This document shows, piece by piece, positions 51,848 through 64,000 of a DNA stretch of 64,000 nucleotides. Numbering within the stretch: the first letter of the stretch is position 1; every line of letters begins with the position of its first letter. The DNA lies in assembly GCF_030684315.1 (NCBI RefSeq), contig NC_081376.1:19759018-19823017 (forward strand), given 5' to 3'. The position numbers and the translations under genes are program-made. The DNA comes from Stegostoma tigrinum. Lineage: Eukaryota. The notes below the pieces were generated by a model, which was not told the origin of the DNA, ran no database searches, and worked only from the letters and a program-made list of their open reading frames with translations.

Positions 51848-52761
51848 TTACCAATTGCCATTTCTCCTCCTAATTCCATCATCTCTCTCTCCGCTTTTCA
51901 TCATAACACCCAACACCAGACAGACAGCATTCAGCAATAGGTCAAGTGAAACAACAACTTTCATTTATAAAGTACTCTTAATGCAGAACCATAGGAAAGT
52001 CAAAGCACTGAAAGAGGCCATTCAGCCCATTGTGGGTGTGGCAGCACCTGGATGGTAGCTCTGCAGGTTATAGTACTCCAGCTATAGATCTGGGTTCTTT
52101 TTAAGCAAGTTGAAGATTTCCGCCTCAACTATTGAATTGGGCAGCAAATTCCAGGCACTCAATGTCTTGGTTGAAAAAGCTTTTTCTCAAACCACGCGTA
52201 ATCGTTTGGCCAATTTCTGTCCCCTAGATAGTTGAAATCTCCGCTAGTGGAAATAAGTCTCCCCTGTCCACTCCAGTAACACGGTACCGATAAGTATTAG
52301 TCGGACACGGAACTCAGGAAACGAAAAACAAAGAACAGCGGATATTGGAAATCTAGAACAAAAACAAGAATTGCTGGAAAGCCTTATCCGGCCTAGCAGC
52401 ATCTGTGGAGAGGCAGCAGAGCTAACGTCTGAGAATGAAAGGTCAGCGGATCCGAAAAGCTGATTTCACAGAATTCAGTGCTGGTTGCAGAGAATAGAGC
52501 ATTGGAAGAATTAGTTAGTCCGATACGAAATGGTATGTGGCTGACCAGCAAGAAAAAGCAAACTTGTAGGTGGACCATGGCATGAGCGAATGGATTCAGA
52601 TAGGGATTGGCTGTGTGTAAAACTCTTAATTTAACCAATCTCCTTTCCCTGCTACAACCTTCTGATTTCACAGCGTTCCTCTAATTCAGGTCTACTATAT
52701 GACAACAAAGTGTGGAGCTGGATGAACACAGCAGGCCAAGCAGCATCCCTGGAGCACAAAA

Positions 52762-52795
52762 GCTGACGTTTCGGGCTTAGACCCTTCATCAGAGA
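52762..52795 (-). ncRNA. Minimal hammerhead motif (sense to the MRM2 pre-mRNA)
   Basis: ucu-CUGAUGA-agggucuaagccc-GAAA-c-GUC-agc. The plus-strand partner at about 54651-54684 has GAAA mutated to AAAA. Confidence 0.6.
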
Positions 52796-53087
52796 GGGGG
52801 ATGGAGAGAGGGTTCTGAAATAAATAGGGAGAGAGGGGGAGGCGGACCGAAGATGGAGAGAAAAGAAGATAGGTGGAGAGGAGAGTATAGGTAGGGAGGG
52901 GATAGGTCAGTCCAGGGAAGACGGACAGCTCAAGGAGGTGGGATGAGGTTAGTAGGTAGGAAATGGAGGTGCGGCTTGAGGTCCCAGATGTCCAAGTTCT
53001 TCAAGGACCGCAACCTTCCCCCCCGCCGCAGTGGTCGAGAACGCCCTTGACCGCATCTCCTGCATTTCTCGCAACACATCCCTTACA

Positions 53088-53721
53088 AACCCAAACAAAC
53101 AGACAAAACGGGCTCAGAAACCATAACCACTCTCCCCTACATCAAAGACATTTCCGAAATGACTGCCAGACTACTCGGACCCCTTGGCATCAGGGTAGCC
53201 CACAAACCCACCAACACACTAAAACAGCAGCTAATGAACTTAAAAGACCCTATACAGACAACAAATAAAACGAACGTTATCTACAAAATACCTTGCAAGA
53301 ACTGTGTCAAACACTACATTGGACAAACTGGCAGGAAGCTAGCCACCAGGGTACATGAACATCAACTAGCCACAAAACGACATGACCCACTATCACTCGT
53401 ATCCTTACAAAGTGGACACCACTTTGATTGGGACAACAACTCCATCCTAGGACAAGCCAAACAGAGACATGCACAAGAATTCCTAGAAGCATGGCATTCC
53501 AACCGGAATTCCATCAACAAACACATTGGCTTGGAGCCAATCTACCATCCCCTCAGAAAAAGAACAGGAAATGACATCACCAACCCAAGGAAACCTAACC
53601 AGATAAATAGAAAGCGGGACATAACACCAGCGCTTCGTCGGAGGCTCACTGATGATGTTACCTAGAATGGTGATGAAACGTCTGAAAACTAACCTTCCAG
53701 CTCAGCGAGCAAACTCACATC
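53088..53721 (+). mobile_element. Second-family Penelope fragment nested inside the first
   Basis: ORF 53159: NVIYKIPCKNCVKHYIGQTGRKLATRVHEH...FLEAWHS (GIY-YIG). Perfect 13-bp TSD CACATCCCTTACA at 53075-53087 and 53722-53734. Confidence 0.93.
53646..53685 (+). ncRNA. Minimal type I hammerhead ribozyme motif
   Basis: uca-CUGAUGA-u-guuacc-uagaau-ggugau-GAAA-c-GUC-uga: intact core, 6-bp stem II, 3-bp stem I, palindromic ACGU stem III. Located in the 3' end of a Penelope element, where such motifs are established. Confidence 0.75.
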
Positions 53722-54984
53722 CACATCCCTTACACCCCGCCCCCGCCACAACAGCCCAAAGAGGATCCCCCTCGTTCTCACACACCACCCCACCAACCTC
53801 CGGATACAATGCATCATCCTCCAACACTTCCGCCATCTACAATCCGACCCTACCACCCAAGACATTTTTCCATCCCCACCCTTGACTGCCTTCTGGAGAG
53901 ACCACTCTCTCCGTGACTCCCTTGTTCGCTCCACACTGCCCTCCAACCCCACCACACCCGGCACCTTCCCCTGCAACCGCAGGAAGTGCTACACTTGCCC
54001 CCACACCTCCTCCCTCACCCCCATCCCAGGCCCCAAGATGACTTTCCAATATTAAGCAGATGTTCACCTGCACATCTGCCAATATCGTATACTGTATCCA
54101 CTGTACCTGGTGTGGCTTCCTCTACATTGGGGAAACCAAGCGGAGGCTTGGGGACCGCTTTGCAGAACACCTCCGTTCGGTTCGCAATAAACAACTGCAC
54201 CTCCCAGTTGCAAACCATTTCCACTCCCCCTCCCATTCTTTAGATGACATGTCCATCATGGGCCTCCTGCAGTGCCACAATGATGCCACCCGAAGGTTGC
54301 TGGAACAGCAACGCATATTCCGCTTGGGAACCCTGCAACCCAACGGTATCAATGTGGACTTCACCAGCTTCAATATCTCCCCTTCCCCCGCTGCATCCCA
54401 AAACCAGCCCAGCCTGTCTCTGCCTCCCTAACCTGTTCTTCCTCTCACCCATCCCTTCCTCCCACCCTAAGGCGCACCTCCATTTCCTACCTACTAACCT
54501 CATCCCACCTCCTTGACCTATCCGTCTTCCCTGGACTGACCTATCCCCTCCCCATCTATACTCTCCTCTCCACCTATCTTCTTTTCTCTCTATCTTCGGT
54601 CCGCCTCCCCCTCTCTCCCTATTTATTCCAGAACCCTCTCCCCGTCCCCGTCTCTGATGAAGGGTCTAGGCCCAAAACGTCAGCTTTTGTGCTCCTGAGA
54701 TGCTGCTTGGCCTGCTGTGTTCATCCAGCTCCATACTTTGTTATCTTGGATTCTCCAGCATCTGCAGTTCCCATTATCTCAGGTCTAGTACATCCCTGGT
54801 TATATTCGCTCCAACGCTAGCAGCCATACCTTCAGCTGTCCGGGTCACAATCTCCGTAATTTTCCTCCCTAAATATCTCAATCCCTCCCCTCCTTTAGCG
54901 GCCCTCCAAAGCCAAATTATTCGGTTTTCTGACTGAGCACCTTCTTATGTGGTTCGGTTTTGAAATCTTTCTCATGACATTCCA

Positions 54985-55570
54985 ATTCAGAGCGGCGGGG
55001 GAGCGGATCACTATGTCAGAGGCGCTATATGAATACAAGTTGCGGTGACACTTAAGATAAGTAACAGCGCTGTAAGTGCTAGGTTCTTTACGAAACGTTC
55101 GGTAAGGAGATAAAACGCTTTTAAATCAATGCAAAACGCAAACTGGGCCTTTACCAGGCGATATGGCGCGAAAGCGCTCAACACCGAGCTCCCAGCTCCG
55201 CGAGTCACAACTAACTCTGTCCCCCAACCAAACACAACTCCACAAACACTTCCAGTCAAAGTAGACTCTAGAAAACAAAAGTCTTGCGCCAGTCGCCACG
55301 ATATTAATAAAATATAAGAGAATAAATACATATCAACGGAAATGTAATCATCCTGCTTTGAAGTAGCTGCGTTACTTCAATACAACGATATACAAAAATG
55401 CTCTTATATTATGTTTCCAGCCGGCGTGTGCAGAATGTAACTCACCTCGTGCGACAGCTGTCGGCGAGTAATGAATCGATTCTAATCGTTGGTGCTTGGT
55501 GGCCCCTGTGCTAATCCAGGAGAGAGTGCAGTCTGCGGATGTAAAGAGTTCAGTCAATCAGGTACCTGAC
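54985..55570. promoter_or_regulatory. CpG-rich bidirectional promoter of MRM2 and NUDT1 with candidate non-coding first exons
   Basis: CpG-enriched segment between head-to-head genes. Minus-strand donor GAG|gtgagt at 55446 and plus-strand donor CAG|gtacct at 55561. The head-to-head arrangement is also known in mammals. Confidence 0.65.
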
Positions 55571-57119
55571 CCAGGATCACAAATGTAACAAATCTTCCTT
55601 TCATCGAAAGCCAGAAATGGATACATTGTTTATTATAATCACATGAAGAACTCCGGCTGCTTGAAATGTGAAACAAAAAACAGCGCGCTGGAGAAACTCA
55701 ATAGGTCTGGCAGCATCTGTGAACAGAGAAAGAGTTGACATTTCCAGTCCATGAACTCTTTTTGGACTCGAACCCGTTAACTCTGCTTTTTCCCTCCATG
55801 GATACATTGTTCTGATGTAAATTTTTAGTTTTAGTTGTCCTTAACTTAGGAAAACGCACTTAACAGAGTGAACTGCGTGGAAACAGATCCTTCCGTCCAA
55901 CTCGGCCATGCCGACCAGATATTCGAAGTAAATTTCGTACCATTTCCAGCATTTAGCCCATATTCGTCTAAACCCTTCCTATTTATATACCCATCCAGAT
56001 GCCTTTTAAATGTTGTATTTGAACCTGTCTGCTCCACTTCCTCTGGCAGCTCATTCCATACACACGCCACCCTCTGCTTGAAAGAGTTGCCTCTGAGGTC
56101 TCTTTCAAATCTTTCCCCTCTCATCTTAAACCTGTGCTGTCTAGTTTTGGACTTCCCCCTTCCTCTCCACCCAGAGGAAAATACCTTGTCTATTTACTCT
56201 ATCCATGTCCCTCCAAGATAGAGGACAGGAAAAAATAGTGGCTGTTAAGAGCTGTTTGTTTTTTGAGGTATTTTCAGTGTTGGAGCTGATTTCCTCGAAT
56301 TCTAGGAGCAGTGATGACTGTTTTATAAACATTTGCATTGTTTTGGAATTTTGTGAAAAGATGATCAAAACAATGGCACTTTTAAAAAGGAGGAAATGAG
56401 ACAAGGCAGTGGCAGTAACCACATGCGAACAGATTCAAACAGTCCATACTGACCATGTTCTCAAACTAAACAAGTCCCATTTGCCTGTGTTTGGCTCATA
56501 TCCCTCTTAAACCTTTTCTATTCATATACCTGTGCAAATGTGTTCTAGTGATAAGATTACATTAGAAGTGCATGCGTTTGAAGAATTAAATTGGGACTTA
56601 CAGAAGACATGAAAAGCATTACATCAGTGCACATTCTTTTCTGAACATGGTCCTGGCAAATTCTGCTGCCTTCTGAGGAGCGAGCATGGAGGTTTTTTTG
56701 TTTTATGATTCAATGGAATCACACTATCAGAGTTGGTAGCTGCTTCAAAGCTTCATTTCCTCATGATCTTTGCAGTCTCCAGAGCTTTGAGCTCTGGCCT
56801 GTGTTACATCAACAATTCCCTGTGTGACCATATCTTCAGCTTCTTTGCCCCAAACTCTTGAATGCCATTTCTAAATCTCTGCTCTCACCCGTTAAGACTT
56901 TGTTTAGAACCAAAAACGTTGGCCTTGTTTTTGCCACCTGTCCTAAAATCTCATTATGTGACTTGATCACAGGTATTTTTGTTTTATGTTCCTGAGGAGC
57001 ATCTTGGAAATTTAACTATACATCAATTGCAAGTTATTGAATGTGGTTCCAAAGCTGTTCTACACAATTTCTTCCCGACCAAGAGCTGCCAGCTATTGAG
57101 AAAATACTATTGCAGAAAG

Positions 57120-57271
57120 ATGATCACCACAAAGCTGTTGACTCTGGTGATGGTTGTAAGGCAACAAAAGATCCTCCTGGGATGGAAGAAACGGGGTTTT
57201 GGGGCCAATCGCTGGAATGGTTTTGGAGGCAAAGTGCAGCCTGGAGAAACCATTGAAGAAGGAGCAAAAAG
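57120..57271 (+). CDS. NUDT1: NUDT1/MTH1 8-oxo-dGTPase, coding exon 1 (152 nt)
   Basis: [50 protein letters not shown](R) covers the MTH1 N-terminus and first half of the Nudix box. Donor AG|gtaatg. Confidence 0.96.
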
Positions 57272-57997
57272 GTAATGCCTGTGCTATTTATTGTTCCCTT
57301 CATGCTCCTGACAAAGGTGATCACTCTCACCGGGGTCCATAGCAGCCATGCTGCATTGGCATTCTGTACAACAAAAGAGGACGTGACAGGCAGGTCTAAT
57401 TGTATCCTGACCAACACATACCCAATTTCTTTCTGAAAGCTATTATTTAACCTACTTTCAACGTCTTTTGAAGCAATACATTCCAAATCATCAGAACTCA
57501 CTTTGTAAAACATACATTCTTCTCGTACCCTCTCTGTTTTATATTGCTAACTATGTTAAAACCGTGATCTCTGGTTACTTGCTGTCCCGCGAATGGAAAT
57601 GTTTTCTCCCAATCTGCTGTTTCAAAACCTCTCAACATTTTGGGTACCTCTATTGAGTTGTCCCTTAACTTTCACTGGAAACATGGGTTCAGAATCCACC
57701 GCAGCAGCTGCTGGAATTTAAGTTCAATCACTGAGTTTGATACCGAAAGCTGGTGTCAGTACTAGTAGCTATGAAACTTTGTTGTAAAAACCCATCTGCT
57801 TCATGAATCTGCCATCATTACCCGGTGTTGCCTATGTGTAACTCCAGATCACAAAACAGTGTATTCAATTCTTAGCTGCCCTCTGAAATGGAACAGCAAC
57901 AAAAACTGGCCTTGTTGATGATGCCTATGTCTCTGGTGTGTGAGAACAGCCCCAACTTCTCCAGTTTCTCCACATAACTGAATTACTGGTACTATTA

Positions 57998-58800
57998 TGT
58001 AACCCCACCTGATGGTAACAGTCACAAGTCAGGTCTGACAATGAAACTTGGTTTGATGATTCAAATGTTTAATCTTTGCAGTTATTTATCATGACAGTTA
58101 GTCACTGAAACATTCTCACAAGGCTGCAGATACAACAGAACATAAATTTACGACACAAAAGAGGAATAAATAAACAAAACTGTATAATATACACACACAA
58201 CACAGTTTAAAAATACTCTTAACACAAACACCAAAACAAAGTTTCATCTTATTTCCCAACACCAGTCCTTTACAGAAAGTCCATTCCTGAGAAATAGCAC
58301 TCTTATCTCAGCTTTTTAAACCTTTAATTAACTGTTATGATTGCTTTCTGAGTCTGTTAACATGAGACAATTCTGACTGTGTAAACTTTCTCATTTCTAA
58401 CATGAATGATTTCTATATGAATTCTTCCTGCTTTGAAGCTCCACTGACTCAAAACTACTTCTGTAAAAGTGACTTATTTCTTCTGCTTTGAAGTCAAAAT
58501 GAAACAAATTCCATGATATATTTATTCAACTGTTAATAAGCTCATCAGGAGAAGAATTTCATCCCATAGTTGACTGATGTCTCATGTTGTACTTAGAAAT
58601 CTTCTATTTAGGTCACTGTTCAAATGAATTTCTGATGAACTCCCCCACAGTATTAACTAAATTCATTTCTTCTTCAAAAATCCAAATTCTGGAAATTTAT
58701 CGACTTGCGCAGTCTGCCTCAGGCTCCTTTTTAAAAATTGTATAGTTCATCACAGATAAATGTTCAAATCCAGAAGCCTTTAGTCTGGGGAGGGTTAGTA
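57998..58800. mobile_element. Possible degraded solo LTR in a NUDT1 intron
   Basis: Begins TGTAACCCC and ends ...GGGAGGGTTAG (imperfect inverted ends); appears to split a CR1 fragment (ggtactat / gtaccat). Confidence 0.3.
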
Positions 58801-59040
58801 CCATGCTTCCTGTAAACACAAGGTATCAGTGAAAATGTTGGCCTTTTTTTATTCTGCGAGTCAGTTAATGTAATTCAGTCTGCTCAATGGAATTGAGGTA
58901 CTGACAAGACATAATCTCATTAAATGTTAGAGGTAAACAGAAGAGTCTGACTGACCGTGTCCTCTGTTCCAGCTATTTGAAATGTTTTTTTGAAACCTCT
59001 TTTAAATTTGTTCTTGAAGTTAAGCTAATTTCTTCCTCAG

Positions 59041-59186
59041 AGAATTATGGGAGGAGAGCAGTCTGACTGTGGACAGCCTGGAAAAAATTGGACGAATCAA
59101 GTTTGAATTTGTAGATGAGGCAGAACTACTGGATGTTCACATATTCCTTACAGATAGTTACAAAGGGGAACCAATGGAATCAGATG
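59041..59186 (+). CDS. NUDT1: NUDT1 coding exon 2 (146 nt)
   Basis: [48 protein letters not shown]. Acceptor ctaatttcttcctcag|, donor G|gtaagt; phase 2-1. Not in the ORF track. Confidence 0.95.
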
Positions 59187-59229
59187 GTAAGTGACCCTGC
59201 TTTAAAAGTAATTCATTGGGTACTTAGAA

Positions 59230-60880
59230 AAGAGAGTAGCTCTAGTAAGTGTGGGATCATTGGACAGTGCAACCGGGGATTTAATGGGTAACAAGACAAT
59301 GGCAGATCATGTAAACCAGTTTTTTTTACATAATTGTTGGAGATGGAAGACAGTAAAATAAACAAGGTGCTAATAGTGGAAAAGATCTTTGAACAGTCCT
59401 TATAATGAGTGACAAAGTAATTGACAAACTCATTGGACAAAAAGCTGACAAGTTGCCAGGATCTAATGGCCTTTAAAGGCAGTTGCTACGGAGAATAGTA
59501 GAAGCATTGATCAAAACATTCCAGAACTCTCTGAATTTCTGGAGAGTTCCTACAGATTGGAAAGCAGCTAATGTGACACCACTTAAGGAAGGGAGGGAGT
59601 TAAAAAGAAGAGACTGTAGGTCAGGTATCAGTCACTGGGAAAATGCTAGAATCCATTATTAAGGAAGAAATAACATTTAGAAAAGCTTAACACAATCAAG
59701 TAGTCAAGTTTTGTGAAAGGGAGGTCTTTTACTGGAGGCCTTTCAGGATATAACATGCAGAATTGATAAAGGGAAACTGGTAAATGTAGTATGCTTAGAT
59801 TTCAAGGCATTTAAATAAGCTGCCACAAAATAGTTATTGCACAAGATAGGGGCTCACAGTATTGAGGGTAGTGTATTAATGTGGATTGTGTATTGGTTAA
59901 CACAAAGAAGACAGAGTCTGGATTAATAGATCTTTTCAGGTTGAAAAGATGTAACCAGTGAAGTGCTGCAAGGATCAATCTTGGAGCCTCAATTATACTA
60001 TATATTTTAATGATGGAAGAGGGGACAAAATGTGTTGCATCCATATTTGCTGATGATACAAAAATAGGTGGGAGGTTATGTTGTGATGAGATCAAAAGGT
60101 ATCAGCAAGACAATATCAATAGGTTGAATGGGCAAAAGCATGGCAGACAGAGTTTAATCACGGGAAGTGTGAGGTCATCCACTTTGGTAGGAAGAATCAA
60201 TAAGCAAATTATTTTTTGAAAGAGGGGAGACTCCAAAGAGAGTGCAACATAGAAAGGTCTGGGTGTTCTTGTGCCTGAAATACAAAGTTAACATGCAGAT
60301 GAGCAAATAATTAAAAAGGTAGATGAAATTTTGACCTTTATTGCTGGGGCTTGGAGTTTTAAAAGTAGGAAAGTCCTGGTTGAACTGTACAAAGTGTTGA
60401 TGAGGCCACAACTGGAGTACTGTGTACAATTTTGCTCCCAATTTGCATTGGAGGCAGTTCAAAAGAGATTTCACCTGGGTAGATTCCTAGGATGAAGGGG
60501 CTGACTTATCAATAGTGGCCTTTTGGTTTGGCCTTTATTCATTACATTTCACAGGAATGAGAGTTTTTTTTCATGTTGACACATAGAAGAGTCTGAATGG
60601 GTTTAATAGTAAACGTTGAGATGTTTTAACTAGTAGGAAATCTCATCAGAGTACACTCATTGAAAACGGAGATGTGAAGGAATTTCCTTTCCCAGCAAAT
60701 GTCTGGAATTTTCCACTGTAGAAAAATGTGGAGGTTAGATCACTGAAAGTATTTAAAGAGTAAGTAGATAGATTTTTGAGATATTGGTGAGTTGAGACCT
60801 GGAGCAGATTAGCTGTGTTGTTGTTGACTGGTGGAGCAGGCTTAAGAGTTTGAATGACCTACTCCCATTCCTGTTTCTTA
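59230..60880 (+). mobile_element. Degraded CR1 LINE in the last NUDT1 intron
   Basis: ORF 60010 (SIFADDTKIGG); gattggaaagcagctaatgtgacacc (DWKAANVTP); CR1 tail. Confidence 0.88.
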
Positions 60881-61485
60881 TGAAAGGTATTTTAAGGTCA
60901 AGTAAGCATGTTTTCTGACACTGCCATGGTCTTGCCCCAACTACCGCATGCACCCCCGTAAACACTTCTTGTCATACATCACTACATAGTACTGCTGCAC
61001 CTGGATTGCTCCATTACAAGATTCTGGCTGGTTATCATGAAGTGATCTCCATTTTGGTACATTAAGTTTGATCAATGCACTAATCAACACCCTCAGGAAA
61101 GATGCAGCATTTGTGAAGAAGTCATGATATTTTCTGTTTAGCCTGAGTTCTCACTACTTGTTCTCTGGGGCTAAGTTATTTTCTACACACCTGTAGATAT
61201 TGCAAGCATGCTGAGATCCAGTCCTAGGTCAAATAGTACCGCCACTGCCCCCTCCACCTCTCTGAACCCTGTCAGAACCACACCACCCCCACTGTGCCAA
61301 TTCTGTGGTTATGTTAATTGAAAAACATTCCCAACTTTGACCAACTGCCCTAAACTCGTGTGGTTGTGTCAATTTCTGTCTCAATGGATTCCTGTAAAGC
61401 ATCTTTAGAACATTTTACTCAAAAATTGTGTTTGTGCATTTGTTGTTTTGGATTTGAAAAACACTTCCAATTTTGTTTTTTGTAG

Positions 61486-61679
61486 AGATGCGTCCACAGT
61501 GGTTTGACCTGCACAAGCTTCCATTTGATGAGATGTGGGTTGATGACATCTACTGGTTCCCCTTGTTACTCCAGAAGAAACTGTTCAAGGGTTATTTCAA
61601 GTTCAAAGGACATTCCACTATCCTGGAATACACACTAAAGGAGGTGGAAGAGCTGGAAATAGGAGAGTCCGGTTTCTGA
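61486..61679 (+). CDS. NUDT1: NUDT1 last coding exon (194 nt); total protein 163 aa
   Basis: (E)[63 protein letters not shown]. Acceptor ttttgttttttgtag|. Confidence 0.96.
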
Positions 61680-61907
61680 CAATTTGTAATCATTTTCAAA
61701 TACCATACAGGGAAAAGTGCATTCTTGTATCGACCATGCCACCTTCACAATCCTGCCATCAGTCATCCAACGCATCTATTTTCTTTTCCCATGTGTTTTG
61801 ATGATTTTCTTCTACTTGTCAGTTACTCAGCATTGGGCCTATCTGACACTCCAATGAAATTTAACCCTTGGAATCAAGTGGAACTCTTTGCTTCACAATA
61901 CTGGAGC

Positions 61908-62101
61908 AATAAAGAGAGATTTGGAACTTTTGTTACTGGATGTTTGAGACATTGGATTCCTTTTAAATTTAACGATCAGTTTGCTTAGAGGAAAATATTG
62001 GGTCTTTCTGGACTGTCATTTGTATCTGTAGTCATAAGCAAATTTCTTTTCTTTGTGATACCAGCCATTTTTTAAAAAAAGGAAATTCCCAAAGCAATAA
62101 A
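61908..62101 (+). terminator. Two candidate NUDT1 polyadenylation signals (AATAAA at 61908 and 62096)
   Basis: Both hexamers sit in the same AGCAATAAAGAG context, about 230 and 420 nt after the stop codon, and are followed by T/GT-rich sequence. Confidence 0.55.
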
Positions 62102-62126
62102 GAGTTCTTGTACTGTTCTAAAAATG

Positions 62127-62142
62127 CCCACTAGATGGTGCA
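62127..62142 (+). promoter_or_regulatory. Candidate CTCF site
   Basis: CCCACTAGATGGTGCA closely matches the CTCF core CCASYAGRKGGCRS, just 3' of the NUDT1 polyA signal. Confidence 0.55.
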
Positions 62143-63229
62143 CAAGGGCAACTATGTCAACAATTTGATTTGTTAATACCAGTCATGTTTTCTTTACTCA
62201 AACTGTCGAGTGCTTGCACAAGCTTTTTTTTAAAACATTAAACATCAAATTTTAATTCATTCTTTTCTTCTTGCATTGCATCAAATTGGAACAAGGAGAG
62301 AGAGGTGGCTGGCCAGCAGAATTTCAAAAGTACAACAGAGCAATTTTGGAAACTCTACTTGCTTATTTTCTCAGTATCCTTTGGGGAGCGGGAACACAAA
62401 GGGGAGACTGAAATTGGATTACAGCTCCCAAAAGTTGTCTACATCTGTGTTTCTATAGGAAGATGGATCAATCCAGAAAAGGAGGCACGAAAGAGGGATA
62501 ATGAGTTTTTGTCCTGGCTGAAACATTGAGTCTTATTACCCAAGAAATAGTGTAAATAGGATACTGAGAGGGAAGGAACACTGACTGAACAGATCAAAGT
62601 TGTTAACCACACTCTGGCTTCAGCGTTGAAACTGCAAGTTCTGAAGGGGAAGTAGGGGATGGGAGGTTGCAAGGGGAATATTCCTTTTATTTCACCACTA
62701 ATTAACACCCCCGACAGGGCATTCCCCCAACTACAACGTAAAATAACATGCCCCATTTACATCATATTGATATTGAAGGAGTTCTAATCAGTAAAGAGGC
62801 AGCTGCTTTCATTGATCATAGCTGCTGGTGGATTTCTGCCACCTAAATGAGAACCCTAGAAGTATCTACAAGGCTGCCTGTGGTAGATTACTTCAGGGGG
62901 ATTTGCGTTGAGCTGACATGTTGACTTTTGGAAGGAGTGAACAGCAGTGGGCCTCTAGAACCACAGCCAAAGGTGTACTCAACAGATAACCTGAAGCGTG
63001 GGAATTACAAGGATTCATATCCAAACCAGCATATTGTACACTTTGGTAATTTAACATCAAAATGCAGCTTTAAACTGATCCAATGAGAGCTAATTCTTAA
63101 TCCAGAAGCTGTAGTGGAGACAGTTCAAAAATAATTCAGAATTTACCTCTATTCTTGTGCTGTATTATGAAAATCTGAGAGAAATTATACTGGCTTAAAA
63201 CTAAAAGATGTGGTTATATCAGACACTGG

Positions 63230-64000
63230 CAGGAGAAAGTTTTTTCCACTTTATTTTAAACTGAAAGTTTAGAACATTGGATTGGAATGAATACCATCCA
63301 TCGCATTACACAAATTACACTTCAGGTCTAATAAATAATATTCCATGAACTTTGTGTCTTGCTCTCTAATGTATTAGTTGGTCATTTGAAAGAGCTAGCC
63401 AATCAGTTCATTTGAACTAGTTGATCCTCTCATCACCAAGATCATCCTTATGCAGGCATAAAAAGAAAATTAAATTTAGCACCTATTGTGTTGCTAAATT
63501 TAAAGTGTTTTTCTTATAATTGTATTGATCCTATAAACGTATTGGGAGCATTGTTTTATTCAACTTGTAATCACATCAGTTCTCATGTACTCAGTGAATA
63601 GATTGAAAAAATACTTTTTAAAACAAATCAGTAACTGCTTAAAGACACCATTCCATAAGTATATAATTTATTGCAGACAATTTTTATATATAGTAAACAT
63701 ATATTGTAAATCATTGTATTTGCTTTATATTCTGAATATAATCTGAGGATTTTAACATGAACATTATTTAATAAAGTGCAAATGTTAATCTCCTTCCAAC
63801 TGACTTGAACTGAGATAGTATACACAATTGTAGATGATCACTTAACTCTCCAGATTAGCAAGACCCACATTAATTTCAACACTCTTCCCTGTAAACATGT
63901 CCCACAAAACAATTTCCCAAGCCCCAAATCCTTTGCATCAAGAAAAAGTGACATTAAAAACATGAGGATGAAATCAGTTACAGCTCCCAACCTACAAATC
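63230..64000 (-). other. Possible 3' UTR end of a convergent gene (SNX8 expected by synteny)
   Basis: AT-rich sequence with minus-strand AATAAA at about 63250 and 63555. SNX8 lies tail-to-tail with NUDT1 in mammals. No coding sequence is seen, so this is inference only. Confidence 0.25.

Larger units (their letters stand above)
52701..54779 (+). mobile_element. Penelope-like element (GIY-YIG C-terminal part) with an inverted copy of its 3' end at the 5' side
   Basis: ORF 54060: NIVYCIHCTWCGFLYIGETKRRLGDRFAEH...VANHF. Segment 52703-52981 is the reverse complement of about 54467-54745. Flanked by caggtctactatat / caggtctagtacat (14 bp, 2 mismatches). Confidence 0.92.

Overview
This is eukaryotic vertebrate genomic DNA. 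The repeat repertoire (CR1/HER1-type LINEs, HE1-like V-SINE, SacSINE1-like DeuSINEs, Penelope elements) suggests a cartilaginous fish, probably a shark (inference). The window holds the conserved MAD1L1-MRM2(FTSJ2)-NUDT1 block. MAD1L1 (minus strand) has a CpG-rich promoter near 46.2 kb and eight coding exons totalling 986 nt between 41797 and 23970, followed by an intron that runs off the left edge. MRM2 (minus strand) is a complete gene of about 232 aa, and NUDT1/MTH1 (plus strand) is a complete gene of 163 aa. The two share a very compact head-to-head promoter near 55.5 kb, and the far right may be SNX8 3' UTR. Much of the rest is transposon debris, often nested. I found no prokaryote-type system such as CRISPR or an operon, and almost all short ORFs in the track are repeat fragments or noise. 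The most notable signals are: (1) minimal hammerhead-ribozyme cores in Penelope-derived repeats, including short fold-back insertions whose symmetry axis repeatedly falls in the ribozyme; (2) inverted-repeat architectures around a MAD1L1 exon and in the likely MRM2 3' UTR; (3) a palindrome-rich 116-bp bidirectional first-exon module; (4) substitutions at normally conserved positions in MRM2 and NUDT1. All coordinates were read by eye, so repeat boundaries are approximate.
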